The notes beneath the pieces are model-generated. The model saw only the letters and a list, made by a program, of their open reading frames with translations. It had not been told where the DNA came from and searched no databases. A program made the position numbers and the translations under genes. This document shows, piece after piece, positions 1 to 10,013 of a DNA stretch of 32,000 bases (positions are counted from its first letter, which is position 1; every line of letters starts with the position of its first letter). The stretch is from Candidatus Kuenenia stuttgartensis (lineage in GTDB: Bacteria; Planctomycetota; Brocadiia; Brocadiales; Brocadiaceae), in contig NZ_LT934425.1 in NCBI RefSeq assembly GCF_900232105.1, forward strand, positions 2,280,001 to 2,312,000. Direction: 5' to 3'.

Positions 1-1
1 A

Positions 2-607
2 GACTTCTCGAAAGGTATTGAGTCCGATAAGATAAGCAATCAGTATTCGATGCTTGGAAGTATGGTGCTGTGGATATTCTGGCCATCGTTTTGTGCGGCA
101 GCCGCCGAGGCGTCACAAATGGTTACTGCGGCGATAAACACTATTCTTTCCTTATGTGCCGCAACAATTTCTACTTATCTTGCGACAACGTTGATTCGAA
201 AGAAAATCGTTATTGAAGATATGGCAAATGCCGCACTTGCCGGCGGTGTGGCTATCGGTTCTTCTTGTGCTCATACAACGCCAAGGGCAGCGCTGATGCT
301 AGGTTTCATAGCCGGTATTTTGAGTGTCATTGGCTTTGCACTCATACAACCACGGCTTCAGAAAATGATTAAGGGTATTGATACCTGCGGCGTTCATAAC
401 CTTCATGGTATGCCTGGTATATTGGGTGGTCTGGCAGCAATTTTTATGGCAGGCAGCGCAGTGCCGGGATTGCAGATAAAGGGGGTTGTTATAACCTTTG
501 TCGTGGCCATTATTACCGGGCTTGCAAGCGGGACGGTGGTTTCTCTGTTTGGCCACAGAAGAGATTCTTACAATGATGAAGAAGAATTTGTAGTGGAAGC
601 CCACTAA
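2..607 (+). CDS. amt: Amt/Rh-type ammonium transporter, C-terminal part (5' end outside window)
   Basis: The frame is open back to base 2 (DFSKGIESDKISNQYSMLGSM...). Rh/Amt-like residues NQYSMLGSMVLWIFWPSF, GVAIGSSC and GVHNLHGMPGILGG, with several hydrophobic helices. Confidence 0.85.
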   Translation, partial: DFSKGIESDKISNQYSMLGSMVLWIFWPSFCAAAAEASQMVTAAINTILSLCAATISTYLATTLIRKKIVIEDMANAALAGGVAIGSSCAHTTPRAALMLGFIAGILSVIGFALIQPRLQKMIKGIDTCGVHNLHGMPGILGGLAAIFMAGSAVPGLQIKGVVITFVVAIITGLASGTVVSLFGHRRDSYNDEEEFVVEAH

Positions 608-637
608 GAGTGCTGCCGGAGAAGATATATTTATATA

Positions 638-679
638 GACCTCCTGCGTTTAATAAAACGCAAGAGGTCTTTTATTTTT
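638..679 (+). terminator. Probable Rho-independent terminator
   Basis: Hairpin gacctcctgcgttt-aataa-aacgcaagaggtc followed by ttttattttt, between the transporter and ftcD. Confidence 0.65.
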
Positions 680-690
680 AAGGAAAACAT

Positions 691-1701
691 ATGAATAAAA
701 TAATTGAATGTGTGCCTAATTTTAGCGAAGGAAAAGATCCCCGGAAAGTAGCAAAAATTGCAGATGCGGTTCAAAGGGTTAAGGGGGTGAAATTGCTGAA
801 CGTCGAATCTGATCCGGACTATAACCGCACGGTAATTACCTTTGCGGGAGAGCCGGAAGCAGTAAGGGACGCTGCATTTTCTGCAATAGAAACGGCAGCG
901 AACGTTATTGATATGACACTGCAAAAAGGGGAACATCCGCGTATTGGCGCAACAGATGTTTGCCCTTTTGTTCCCGTGGCAAACATTACCATGTCTGAAT
1001 GCGTTAAAATCGCACATTTATTAGGTAAGGATGTTGGAGAAAGGATTGGTATTCCCGTGTATCTTTACGCGGAGGCGGCAAATGTACCCCGACGTTATTT
1101 GCTCCCGGACATACGGAAAGGCGAATATGAAGGCCTTTCAAAAAAAATGAACGATGCGGAATGGCGGCCTGATTACGGCCCTTCAGTATTTAACGACCGT
1201 GTGAAAAAAACAGGCGCCACGGTGATTGGCGCGCGGGAATTTTTAATTGCTTACAATGTGAATCTTGATACTGACGATATTTCCGTTGCCAATACTATTT
1301 CAGGGATGATCCGGTCTTCGGGGAGAATGAAATTGAATGAAAAAGGGGAAAAGGAGCGTGTTGCCGGTACGCTGAAATTCGTTCAGGCAATGGGCGTGGA
1401 TTTAAAGGAATACAAAATTACTCAGGTATCCACCAACATCCTGAATTATAAAGTAACCCCGCCGCATGTTGTTTTTGAAGAGATAAAGAAACTTGCAAAC
1501 GTTTATGGCGTAAACGTCCGTGGCAGCGAGGTTATCGGCCTTATACCAAAAGGCGCTATTATTGAGGCAGGACGTTTTTATTCTTCGGAAGAAAATGAAC
1601 AAAACCTTGTCAACGTTGCAGTAGAAAAACTGGGATTAAGCCAGCTCAATAAATTTGTACCGGATAAAAAAGTTGTTGAGTATATGCTTGGACTGAATTG
1701 A
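691..1701 (+). CDS. ftcD: Glutamate formimidoyltransferase
   Basis: Full-length 336-aa ORF beginning MNKIIECVPNFSEGKDPRKVAKIADAV, with HPRIGATDVCPFVP, NVRGSEVIGLIPKGAI and other family residues; RBS-like aaggaaaac upstream. Confidence 0.9.
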   Translation: MNKIIECVPNFSEGKDPRKVAKIADAVQRVKGVKLLNVESDPDYNRTVITFAGEPEAVRDAAFSAIETAANVIDMTLQKGEHPRIGATDVCPFVPVANITMSECVKIAHLLGKDVGERIGIPVYLYAEAANVPRRYLLPDIRKGEYEGLSKKMNDAEWRPDYGPSVFNDRVKKTGATVIGAREFLIAYNVNLDTDDISVANTISGMIRSSGRMKLNEKGEKERVAGTLKFVQAMGVDLKEYKITQVSTNILNYKVTPPHVVFEEIKKLANVYGVNVRGSEVIGLIPKGAIIEAGRFYSSEENEQNLVNVAVEKLGLSQLNKFVPDKKVVEYMLGLN

Positions 1702-1778
1702 TAATTGATACACCGATGGATTTCGCCTGCACAAAAATAGGGATGGGCAGGCCTCTTTCGGCAAAGAGCCTGGAATTA

Positions 1779-2066
1779 TCAGACAAGATATGCGTCGATT
1801 TCTTCTTTATTGAAACCATACAATATCTTATCTTCATTAACAACGACAATGGGAAGTTTGTCGAGAGATTCTATGTCATCAGTGCCAACAATTCTTATCG
1901 CATCTTTCCTTGCGTCTTCATCCTTGTCTATATCGTAGGAAATGTAATCTGCATTTCTCTTGTTTAAGTATGCAAGCAATTGATTACATTTCGGGCAAAA
2001 CGGGGTGCAAAATACTTTAAATTTATTTTTAGCCATGTTTTTCTCTCTTTCTTCGTAAAAGGACAT
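1779..2066 (-). CDS. Glutaredoxin/thioredoxin-like protein
   Basis: VFCTPFCPKCNQLLAYLNKRNADYISYDIDKD...LDKLPIVVV, with a CxxC redox motif and a glutaredoxin-like fold pattern. The real start is probably MAKNKF near 2036. Confidence 0.75.
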   Translation of the reverse strand: MSFYEEREKNMAKNKFKVFCTPFCPKCNQLLAYLNKRNADYISYDIDKDEDARKDAIRIVGTDDIESLDKLPIVVVNEDKILYGFNKEEIDAYLV

Positions 2067-2292
2067 TCTATTTGTTACACCCTATAACGGTCTGCGTTTT
2101 CGTACAGGATGCTTTTACAAGTCAAGTTAAAATTCAAGCATAAACAAGGTTATCCGTCAACGAAAAAACCCTATTCGCCTCAATTGTTTATGAACAAATT
2201 ATACTGCCATGAAAGAGATAGGTAATGGCAAAGAAAGTAGCACTACAGCGACATTTTATTCTTACGTCCTGCACAAAAATATGATAAGTTTT

Positions 2293-2515
2293 CTCCCATA
2301 AGGTGCAGTAAAATCCTTTAGACAGTAGGGTGGATTAAGCGACAGCGAATCCACCGTTCCATTATTATTGGTGGATTCGGTGCGAAAAAGCCGCACCTTA
2401 ATCCACCCTACACGTTTGAAACGCCAAGTGAAACAACATGGTCTTTGCAGGCATGGTATATTAACCCTGACAGGGTTTGGAACCCTGTCAGGGTTGTTTA
2501 TTTCATTTTCATGTG
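2293..2515. repeat. Dispersed noncoding repeat (copy 1 of family R2)
   Basis: cccataaggtg...ttagacagtagggtggat(t)aagcgacagcgaatc...attattggtggatt...ccaccctacac...catggtatattaaccctg..cagggttgttt recurs near 28627-28807. Confidence 0.75.
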
Positions 2516-2542
2516 AAGTCCCTACATTGAGGATAAGAACAT

Positions 2543-3835
2543 ATGCTGAAGTTTAAAAACAGGCAGGAATTGGGGTGGTGTTTTTATGATTGGGCGAATT
2601 CGGCATTCGCCACAACCGTCATGGCAGGATTCTTCCCGGTTTTTTTTAAAAATTACTGGTGTCAGGGTATGGAAGTGACAAAAAGTACTGCGATTTTGGG
2701 AATGGCAAATTCTTTGTCGGGGTTTTTAGTGGCAGCGATTGCCCCAATAATTGGTGCGATTGCGGATAGCGGGTCGTATAAAAAAAGGTTTCTTATTTTT
2801 TTTGCATATCTTGGAGTCCTGTCAACAACAGCGCTTTTTATGGTGCAGAGGGGTAATTGGCTGTTTGCGGCAGTTGCCTACACAATTGGCACGGTTGGAT
2901 TTTCAGGCAGTGTCATCTTTTATGATTCCATCCTTCCTTTAATAACAAATAAAAAAAGGATTGATTATGTATCTGCGCTGGGCTATGCGATGGGTTATCT
3001 TGGCGGAGGAATACTCTTTGCATTCAATATTTGGATGATATTACACCCGGCATTTTTTGGACTGAAAGATGCAAACCACGCAATACGTATTTCCTTTTTA
3101 ACCGTTGCCGCCTGGTGGGGAATATTTACATTACCCATTATTTTTTTTGTAAAGGAACCCGGGAAAGAACCCCGCATTTCGCCTAAATTTGCTTTCCGAA
3201 GCGGATTGAAACAATTAACCCATACCTTACATAAGATGCAACACATGAAAACGATAGTTCTTTTTTTAACCGCCTATTGGCTTTATATTGATGGCGTGGA
3301 TACTATAGTAAGAATGGGGGTTGATTATGGATTGTCAATAGGTTTCGAATACAGGGACTTGCTGCTGGCATTGCTTATCACCCAATTCGTAAGTTTTCCC
3401 TGCGCCATAGTATTTGGAAAGCTGGGTGAAAGAATAGGGGCGAAACATGCGATTTTTATTGCTATCGGAGTCTATATCTTTGCAGTAATGTGGGCAATGA
3501 GGATGAAGGCAACCTATGAGTTTTATGGGCTTGCTATCCTTATAGGGCTTGTCCAGGGCGGCATTCAGGCAATGAGTCGGTCTTTTTATTCACGCCTTAT
3601 TCCCCATGATCAATTGGCTGAGTTTTACGGATTTTACAATATGGTAGGCAAGTTTGCCGTTATCCTAGGCCCTGTTTTAATCGGCATTACAGGGATATTT
3701 TTTGAGAGTTCGCGAATGGGCATCGCGTCAATCGTGATTCTCTTTATAACCGGAGGGGTACTGCTTTTTTTTGTGGATGAAAAGAAAGGTGCTGAGCAAA
3801 CAAAATATCTTTCTTTACGTGAAAACGGACAGTAG
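2543..3835 (+). CDS. MFS transporter, UMF1/Atg22-like family
   Basis: 430-aa polytopic ORF with N-terminal ELGWCFYDWANSAFATTVMAGFFPVFFKNYW and AIIGAIADSG, plus QGGIQAMSRSFYSRLIP. Confidence 0.85.
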   Translation: MLKFKNRQELGWCFYDWANSAFATTVMAGFFPVFFKNYWCQGMEVTKSTAILGMANSLSGFLVAAIAPIIGAIADSGSYKKRFLIFFAYLGVLSTTALFMVQRGNWLFAAVAYTIGTVGFSGSVIFYDSILPLITNKKRIDYVSALGYAMGYLGGGILFAFNIWMILHPAFFGLKDANHAIRISFLTVAAWWGIFTLPIIFFVKEPGKEPRISPKFAFRSGLKQLTHTLHKMQHMKTIVLFLTAYWLYIDGVDTIVRMGVDYGLSIGFEYRDLLLALLITQFVSFPCAIVFGKLGERIGAKHAIFIAIGVYIFAVMWAMRMKATYEFYGLAILIGLVQGGIQAMSRSFYSRLIPHDQLAEFYGFYNMVGKFAVILGPVLIGITGIFFESSRMGIASIVILFITGGVLLFFVDEKKGAEQTKYLSLRENGQ

Positions 3836-4044
3836 GCAGTCGGAAGTTAGCAGTCAGCAATCGACAATCGGCAATCGACAAATTGCAAATTGCAGATTGT
3901 GGCCTGAGGATTGAGGATTGAGCACGAGGGGATGGGATCATATCTTGATGTGTGATTAAACCCATTTTTGAAATCAATGATCAATATGTTACCCCTTTTG
4001 CGCCTTTATCAACAATATAATAAAATCAATGCGGAGGTTATATA

Positions 4045-4545
4045 ATGGACATTTATCCAATAAAAACAGAAGTAGATTACAAAAAAGCACTTTCCGAAAT
4101 TGAAAATCTCTGGGGTTCAAAAGAAAATACAAAAAAAGGAGATAAACCAGTACATCGTTTCGTTAAAGTGTGTACGTAAAAAAATGTCATTGCGAGGAGT
4201 GGAGCGACAGCGAAGCAATCTTAAGTCCTTTGGGAACAAGAGATTGCTTCGCTGTCGCTCGCAATGACGGTATCAATGTAGATATTTTAATGAAACGCTA
4301 TACTAGATATTCTTTTAGTTTTGGTGGAAGCATATGAAGAAAAACACTATCCAGTTGATCCACCTGATCCGGTAGAAGCATTAAGATTCAGAATGGAACA
4401 AATGGAGTTATCCAGAAAGGATTTAGAACCATTTATAGGAAAACGTGGTCGAGTGTCAGAAATTTTAATCATCAAAGAAGTCTTACTTTAAATATGATTA
4501 AAAAGCTTCATTTTAATCTTCATATTCCTTTAGAAATCTTAATCG
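4045..4545 (+). pseudogene. HigA-like (HTH) antitoxin, disrupted
   Basis: MDIYPIKTEVDYKKALSEIENLWGSKENTKKGDK, then a hairpin insertion, then LVEAYEEKHYPVDPPDPVEALRFRMEQMELSRKDLEPFIGKRGRVSEIL, then a frameshift to NHQRSLTLNMIKKLHFNLHIPLEILI. Confidence 0.75.
4184..4270. repeat. Long inverted repeat / MITE-like hairpin inside the HigA-like pseudogene
   Basis: cattgcgaggagtggagcgacagcgaagcaatc ... gattgcttcgctgtcgctcgcaatg. Confidence 0.75.
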
Positions 4546-4685
4546 GGAATGCACCCGTGGCGGACTTAGAAGCACAAAACTATCAACCTGTATAAATGCC
4601 AGATAGAAGCACTGCACTTGATTTAACCGCGTCACCCACCATTGCGCCAAACGCCTGTTGGCGGTTCGTTGTTTTTTTTCTGTCG

Positions 4686-6473
4686 TCATAGTCCGAAGTA
4701 ATAATCTCTCATTTTGTTTGCCATAAGTTTCCTTCTCAAAGCCAGAAAGTCTTGATAGTCGTCTATGGTCATTTCCATCAACTCTGTCGGAACACAATTC
4801 ACTTTTAAATTGTCCAAAAGTTCCTGCTCTGTCGAAATTCCACTTACTTGTCTGTTGTTCTCAATCATTTGCGTTTTGAGTAAGTCGAAATAGTCTTTAG
4901 GAGGCTTGTTGCCCACCTTAATGTTTATTTCTGACTGCATATACACATAGTTTGCAATCTGATTGTATTTGCTTCGGTCAAGCCCGTTCTTCTTCAAATA
5001 GTCTTTTGGAAACAAATGGTGTATGTCACCACGAAGCGAAATCAAGTCGCTAACTAAAACGTCTTTTGATAAAAATCCTTTGTCGTTAGCTTTTACTTGT
5101 GAGGCAAGAAATACGTGGAAATATGGACTACTTGCAACAGAAGTGTCCAAACTTTGTGGCAAAGAAGCGTTCCAAAATGCTTCTGAAAGTTCGGCTTCTT
5201 CTCGTTCGTTCAAAATCTCGTTAAATGGTTTGTGTTCAATCTGCTTAATGTCGAAGTCAAACGCACTTTCTGGTGAACCTGAATACCGACCTGTCAGAAT
5301 TGAATAAACCAACCAACGTCTTGCATAACTCTCAATGTCAACGGAACTTACTCCAAGGTCTTTCAGTTTAAGGTAAACTATGTAAGCAAAATTTATGGCG
5401 TTTTGTGAACGGATTAGTTTAGGTGAAATAAAGCCGGCTGATTTTACAATCATTAAAAACCTTTTGAAATTGGTTTCATTGATAAAGTTGGTTACTCCGT
5501 TTTTAAGTGTCGCAAATGATTGTTGAGCTATTTCCGCTTCGTATGTTCTTGTTTCAAAATTTCTTCCTGATAACAAACTAACTAAGTCGGAAAGTCTGCC
5601 CCTGTTGAATTGTGAAGTAAAAGTAACACGAATTAAGTCATTATAGTCGGGGTCGTAAAGGTCTTCATTTTCAGTTTTGAGCCATTGCATTTTTTGAAAG
5701 AAGTCTGTTTTTGCAAACTCCTTGTCATTATCTACTATGTGTTTGTAAAAGTCTGGAGCAATGGCAAGGTGGCAGAAATAGTCAATCGCTTTTCTTAGTT
5801 CATTTCCACCATTTTCGGTGTCTGCTGCAATCTTACTCATTGCAAAGTCTGCTTGACTTAAAACAACGCCTTTTGAGTTGATGCGGATAAAAATTTCCGT
5901 AACGGTTTCAATGTCTAAGTCAGGCGAAAGTTCGATTAAACCAATTTGCTTTTTCGGTATGTTAATAAGGTTTGAGAAAGCGTTACGAACGTGCTTTTTG
6001 TCAACATCAGTATTTAGTTCAAAATAATTGTCCGCAATCTCAAATAGGTCTCCGTTTATTGCTTCTGAAATATCGTGTAGCCAGGTTTTGTCTTTAAGAA
6101 TGGCTGGATTTTGAACTTCAAACCGTTCTTCAATTGGATTGAACGCTATTTTGATTTTTACTTGTTGATATGTCTTGTTGATTATATATTGTCCAAGAAT
6201 TGCAGCTGTTAATGCTGTTACTCGTTGTTGTCCATCAATTAAAACCTTTTTACCTTCACTTAAACTTCCGTCTTTCAGCCTTACGTTAGGGTTTCTCCAA
6301 GCGATAACATAGCCAACAGGATAACCTTGATATAAACTGTCCATTAAGTCGCGGACTTTTGAACTGTCCCAAACAAATGGTCTTTGAATTTCCGGAATTG
6401 CAATTTCTCCTGAATTTACCCAAGCTAAAATTGTCTCGATTAAGTGTTGGTTAACTGAATATTTCTGCATCAA
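4686..6473 (-). CDS. DUF262 domain protein (GmrSD/ParB-like nuclease superfamily)
   Basis: [34 protein letters not shown] and [15 protein letters not shown], with C-terminal [30 protein letters not shown] (HNH-like region). Confidence 0.85.
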   Translation of the reverse strand: MMQKYSVNQHLIETILAWVNSGEIAIPEIQRPFVWDSSKVRDLMDSLYQGYPVGYVIAWRNPNVRLKDGSLSEGKKVLIDGQQRVTALTAAILGQYIINKTYQQVKIKIAFNPIEERFEVQNPAILKDKTWLHDISEAINGDLFEIADNYFELNTDVDKKHVRNAFSNLINIPKKQIGLIELSPDLDIETVTEIFIRINSKGVVLSQADFAMSKIAADTENGGNELRKAIDYFCHLAIAPDFYKHIVDNDKEFAKTDFFQKMQWLKTENEDLYDPDYNDLIRVTFTSQFNRGRLSDLVSLLSGRNFETRTYEAEIAQQSFATLKNGVTNFINETNFKRFLMIVKSAGFISPKLIRSQNAINFAYIVYLKLKDLGVSSVDIESYARRWLVYSILTGRYSGSPESAFDFDIKQIEHKPFNEILNEREEAELSEAFWNASLPQSLDTSVASSPYFHVFLASQVKANDKGFLSKDVLVSDLISLRGDIHHLFPKDYLKKNGLDRSKYNQIANYVYMQSEINIKVGNKPPKDYFDLLKTQMIENNRQVSGISTEQELLDNLKVNCVPTELMEMTIDDYQDFLALRRKLMANKMRDYYFGL

Positions 6474-6599
6474 GTCTTTCCTTTTTTGTCTGTTCGTTTA
6501 TGGTTTCGGTGTCGTCTTTACAATGACCGCCAACGTTTTGCGTGTTGCCGAAGTTGGCGATTTTCAGCACTAAAGTTCATTCGAAGCATTACTGTTTGT

Positions 6600-7140
6600 T
6601 GACCCACAACTGTCGTATGAAGCACGGAACCCTCTGTGTCAATGGTAAATCTGATTTTGTTTCGATGGATTTTATTCAGGTATTCCACCAATGGCGTTAC
6701 TTCCCGTTCGTGTTGATGTATCAGGTTTACTCCGGGTGTGGTGATGATAAGTTCCGGGTCTTTAAACCTTTGTTGTGTTCAATAAACTGAAAAACATTGA
6801 TGTGCACTATCATTGTCTTACCGCTTCCTGTTGCCATCCAGTAAGCCAATGCACTTTTTGCAAAGTCTTCAAATTCCTTGCTGTAACGTTGCCTGAAAAA
6901 AACTTAGGTAAAGTAAATCGCCAATATCTGATAGTAACTAAGGGTTACTTTCTGTTGCTTGCGGGCTTCCAGATAAGTGTTGTAAGCTTTCAGATACTTC
7001 TTTACGGCATCCAATATTTTTTCATCTAAACCAATATAGGCATCATAAGCTTCAATTTTTTCCTGTGTTGACTTGTCGAATAAATCAATCGTCTCCCTCA
7101 GGAAGTGCCTGCGTATATGTTGATATAATTTTAATTCCAT
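6600..7140 (-). pseudogene. Remnant of a restriction-type DEAD/DEAH helicase
   Basis: N-terminal MELKLYQHIRRHFLRE...YYQILAIYFT*VFFRQRYSKEFEDFAKSALAYWMATGSGKT (Walker A), then a frame change to PELIITTPGVNLIHQHEREVTPLVEYLNKIHRN. There is one in-frame stop and at least one frameshift. Confidence 0.7.
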
Positions 7141-7149
7141 AATTTTGAC

Positions 7150-7941
7150 TTAACTGCTTTTATACTGTATTTCCAATGCCTTTGGAAGCATCAGCAGAAA
7201 AGGCAATGTTTTTTCATACTTTAAATCTTCATAGAATAATCCTATGCGGGCTAAATTATTGTAGTAGGCTTGCAGGTTGTGATAATAGTAATACTCGCTT
7301 GCTATATACCACGCATTTTGACCTAAATGGCTACTTAAAAACCATTTTTCCAGCAGCCTGGCAGCTCTGCCATTACCATCATTGAATAGATGAATTTTTA
7401 CAAATACTAAATGAATGTAAGATGCATAATAGAAAATCTCTTCGGTGCCGGGCGAACCGGCAAGCAATGTTTCCAGTTCATCCCAAAAACGTTTAAATTC
7501 CTTTTTTACAATGGATGCAGGCGCAGCTTCGTATTGTATGCGTTGAGACTGCTGCTCCATAATCAGCATGTTACCTGTCCTTATCACGCCCCGTTGTGCC
7601 TCCGGCAATAACTGACGGGTAGCTATGCTGTGGGCTTTATAAAAATTGGATAGGCTAAGCCTGTTGTCCCTTGCAAATTCATAGGCGGCATACAAATCAT
7701 TGGGCTTTTCGGTCAGGTTGGGCAGATATTCTATGTTGAGCACTTTGTGTTTTACATAGCTGTCAACCTCTAAGGTTTCGCCTTCTATACGGGATGAAGA
7801 CATTACCGATACTGCAGTGGCAAATTTAAAGTTATCCGCAGTCCATTCTTTTTGTTTAATTGAAGAAAAGGCATCATTCAGGTCTATATCCAGCATGGAT
7901 ACATACGGTGACAGTAAATCGTTTTTAAGCAACTCTTCCAT
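7150..7941 (-). CDS. Fic family protein (likely AMPylase)
   Basis: Fic core HLVFVKIHLFNDGNGRAARLLEKWF (HxFxDGNGRxxR-like) and upstream SSSRIEGE, which resembles the inhibitory helix motif. Confidence 0.88.
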   Translation of the reverse strand: MEELLKNDLLSPYVSMLDIDLNDAFSSIKQKEWTADNFKFATAVSVMSSSRIEGETLEVDSYVKHKVLNIEYLPNLTEKPNDLYAAYEFARDNRLSLSNFYKAHSIATRQLLPEAQRGVIRTGNMLIMEQQSQRIQYEAAPASIVKKEFKRFWDELETLLAGSPGTEEIFYYASYIHLVFVKIHLFNDGNGRAARLLEKWFLSSHLGQNAWYIASEYYYYHNLQAYYNNLARIGLFYEDLKYEKTLPFLLMLPKALEIQYKSS

Positions 7942-8076
7942 ACTGTTTACTGATTAAAAATGTTTGCGTGAATAATATTTACCCGTGACAATCCTTTGCC
8001 TACTTGCAGTTGTTTGTCTTTGAGCGTTGCCAGAATATTGAAATCATAATTGACTTCTATTTTTCCCATTGAAGAT

Positions 8077-8298
8077 GGGTGCATTCCCGATTTTTTGTAA
8101 ATATAGTCAAAAAAATAAGGTTTTCGGAAGATGAATAATAAAATTTATTGCAAGGGTGGTACAGGCATTCCTGCCTGTATTCCGCACAGACAAAATGCCT
8201 GTGCCACCCGTATAGGCAGGCAGCTTGTGTATTAAATATCACAAGCAGGATGCTTGTGTTACATTGTGCAGATAATTACAAAAAATCGGGAATGCCCC
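8077..8298. repeat. MITE-like element with terminal inverted repeats (family R1, copy 1)
   Basis: Starts gggtgcattcccgattttttgtaa and ends ttacaaaaaatcgggaatgcccc. The internal sequence recurs at 17.5-17.75 kb and at 26518-26939. Confidence 0.8.
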
Positions 8299-8613
8299 CA
8301 GTTTCCTTTTGCTATAGTAACTCTCGATATCAAGGCTCGCGGTTAAACTATATCTTTGCAATTATAAAGTCAAGAAAATCATGTGATATAGTTAAACTTG
8401 CATTGTACAGATGCTTCAAATTTAGCGGTATATAATGGCTACTTTGTGTGAAGATTTTTGGAAGCTTTCAATTGTTACCTTCATTTGAAATCTTAAAACA
8501 CCAGCAACTCTAATAGTTCCAAACAGGGTTTGTCCGTGCCACCCTTATAAAACTCGCATTTTGTGAGCTTTTTGAGTATACATCGCAAATGGAGAGCCGC
8601 CTGAGTGTCGTTG

Positions 8614-9303
8614 TCAATACCTGATACCATCAAAGAAATTACACACCTTCATGGAAACAATACCTTCTTTTCCCCGGTAGAAATGGTCGCTGTTTTCTAT
8701 TAACTCACTTGTCACGGGCAAGTGTATTTTTTCTAAACCTTGCAGTGTGTCTTCCACTGTTGTGGCGAAATCATTTTGATTATATATGAATAATTTTGGT
8801 TTTTTACATTCCCTTAAAAAACTGAGGTTATATTTGCCAAATGGCGTGGAAATTGAAGCGAATGCCGATACGGCATCGCTTGCCGTCGCTACTCTCATGC
8901 CAACAATACAGCCAAATGAATACCCCGCAATAAATATCTTAGCGTCCCTGCCGGACTGCTTTACCAGGAAATTTAGAGCTGAATGAACGTCCGTTAGGGC
9001 ATCGGCATAATTTTCACTGCTCATTGTTTTTTCCCAGTAGTGAAATATTTCTGCAATATCTTTCACCCCGCATTCGCTGTTACCAACGCCGCGGTAATTG
9101 AAACGGAGCGAGAGAAAGCCGGCTTTTGCCGAAACACGCGCAAGGCTCGTTATTATATTGTTTTCCATATCGCCGCCGAGGGTAGGATGGGGGGGGCATA
9201 AAAGAATTGCCCTGGAAGGCATTGTGTTTTCATCGTATGCCAATACTCCCTCGAGGGATAAATTATCAGAAGGGAAATGAACGTGTTCTTCTGTTATGTT
9301 CAT
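8614..9303 (-). CDS. Alpha/beta hydrolase (dienelactone hydrolase-like)
   Basis: LCPPHPTLGGDMENNI, LRFNYRGVGNSE, FIAGYSFGCIVGMRVA (GxSxG) and a terminal DHFYRG (catalytic His candidate). Confidence 0.8.
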   Translation of the reverse strand: MNITEEHVHFPSDNLSLEGVLAYDENTMPSRAILLCPPHPTLGGDMENNIITSLARVSAKAGFLSLRFNYRGVGNSECGVKDIAEIFHYWEKTMSSENYADALTDVHSALNFLVKQSGRDAKIFIAGYSFGCIVGMRVATASDAVSAFASISTPFGKYNLSFLRECKKPKLFIYNQNDFATTVEDTLQGLEKIHLPVTSELIENSDHFYRGKEGIVSMKVCNFFDGIRY

Positions 9304-10013
9304 GGTTGTGCAGAGACGTCCCTTTCTTTTTGAATGCCTTTCAAAAGCATTCGTGATAATTGGATATTGTGTATGCCATATTGTTGTATTTGCTTTACAT
9401 ACTTTTGCATTTTCGCGCTATTATTGTTTTCCCGGATAACCGGCTGCGTTTCTTCTCTCAAAAACTCTTTCCATTTATCATAGAGTAATCCGTAATCATC
9501 ATTATGACACTCTATACAGATACTGCGGGTATCACGGAAGAGAAAATTGTTTTCTTCCTGTTTGTGGCAATCGGTACACAACACCGCCTTATACATCCAA
9601 TCAGGGGTTCCGGTGACGGGAGAATGAATGCCCGCATAGCGGAACGAACCGTTTCGGTAGTCGTTTACCGCGGAATGGCATTTCAAACAATCGTCATTTG
9701 TTGCTTCATTGTGATGACATTTTTTGCAGTCGTTTTCTTCAATTATTAAACCGCCGTGTGTTTTCGTGTTTGCCGGATCGTTATTATGGCATTCACAGCA
9801 TTCAATGTTCTGTAAGGGAGAATGATGGTTGTGCAAAAAAAAGCTGTCCTTATATTTTGTACGGTAATGCAAATAATTTACGTGGCACCTGTCCGTGCAT
9901 GAGCCTGAAGGATACACGAACGGTGTTTGCCGCATCAACAGATTTTCTTCCCCTGATGTGAGTGAATTGAGCGAAGCGATAAAAAAACAGGCGATGATTA
10001 TTAATCGTTTCAT
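9300..10013 (-). CDS. Periplasmic multiheme cytochrome c
   Basis: N-terminal signal-like helix. Five CxxCH motifs (CCECH, CKKCH, CLKCH, CTDCH, CIECH) plus one CX3CH (CTDRCH). The start overlaps the stop of the upstream gene. Confidence 0.85.
   Translation of the reverse strand: MKRLIIIACFFIASLNSLTSGEENLLMRQTPFVYPSGSCTDRCHVNYLHYRTKYKDSFFLHNHHSPLQNIECCECHNNDPANTKTHGGLIIEENDCKKCHHNEATNDDCLKCHSAVNDYRNGSFRYAGIHSPVTGTPDWMYKAVLCTDCHKQEENNFLFRDTRSICIECHNDDYGLLYDKWKEFLREETQPVIRENNNSAKMQKYVKQIQQYGIHNIQLSRMLLKGIQKERDVSAQP

Noticed and set aside
631-1602. Minus-strand ORFs 631..1017 and 1402..1602
   Set aside because: They lie antisense to ftcD, whose protein is clearly recognisable, and have no family-like features.
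1698-1967. Plus-strand 89-aa ORF
   Set aside because: Antisense to the glutaredoxin-like gene with its CxxC motif; the composition looks non-coding.
3835-3930. Word-like repeats agcagtcagcaatcgacaatcggcaatcgacaaattgcaaattgcag as a tandem array
   Set aside because: Too degenerate and short to call a defined array; noted only as low-complexity intergenic DNA.
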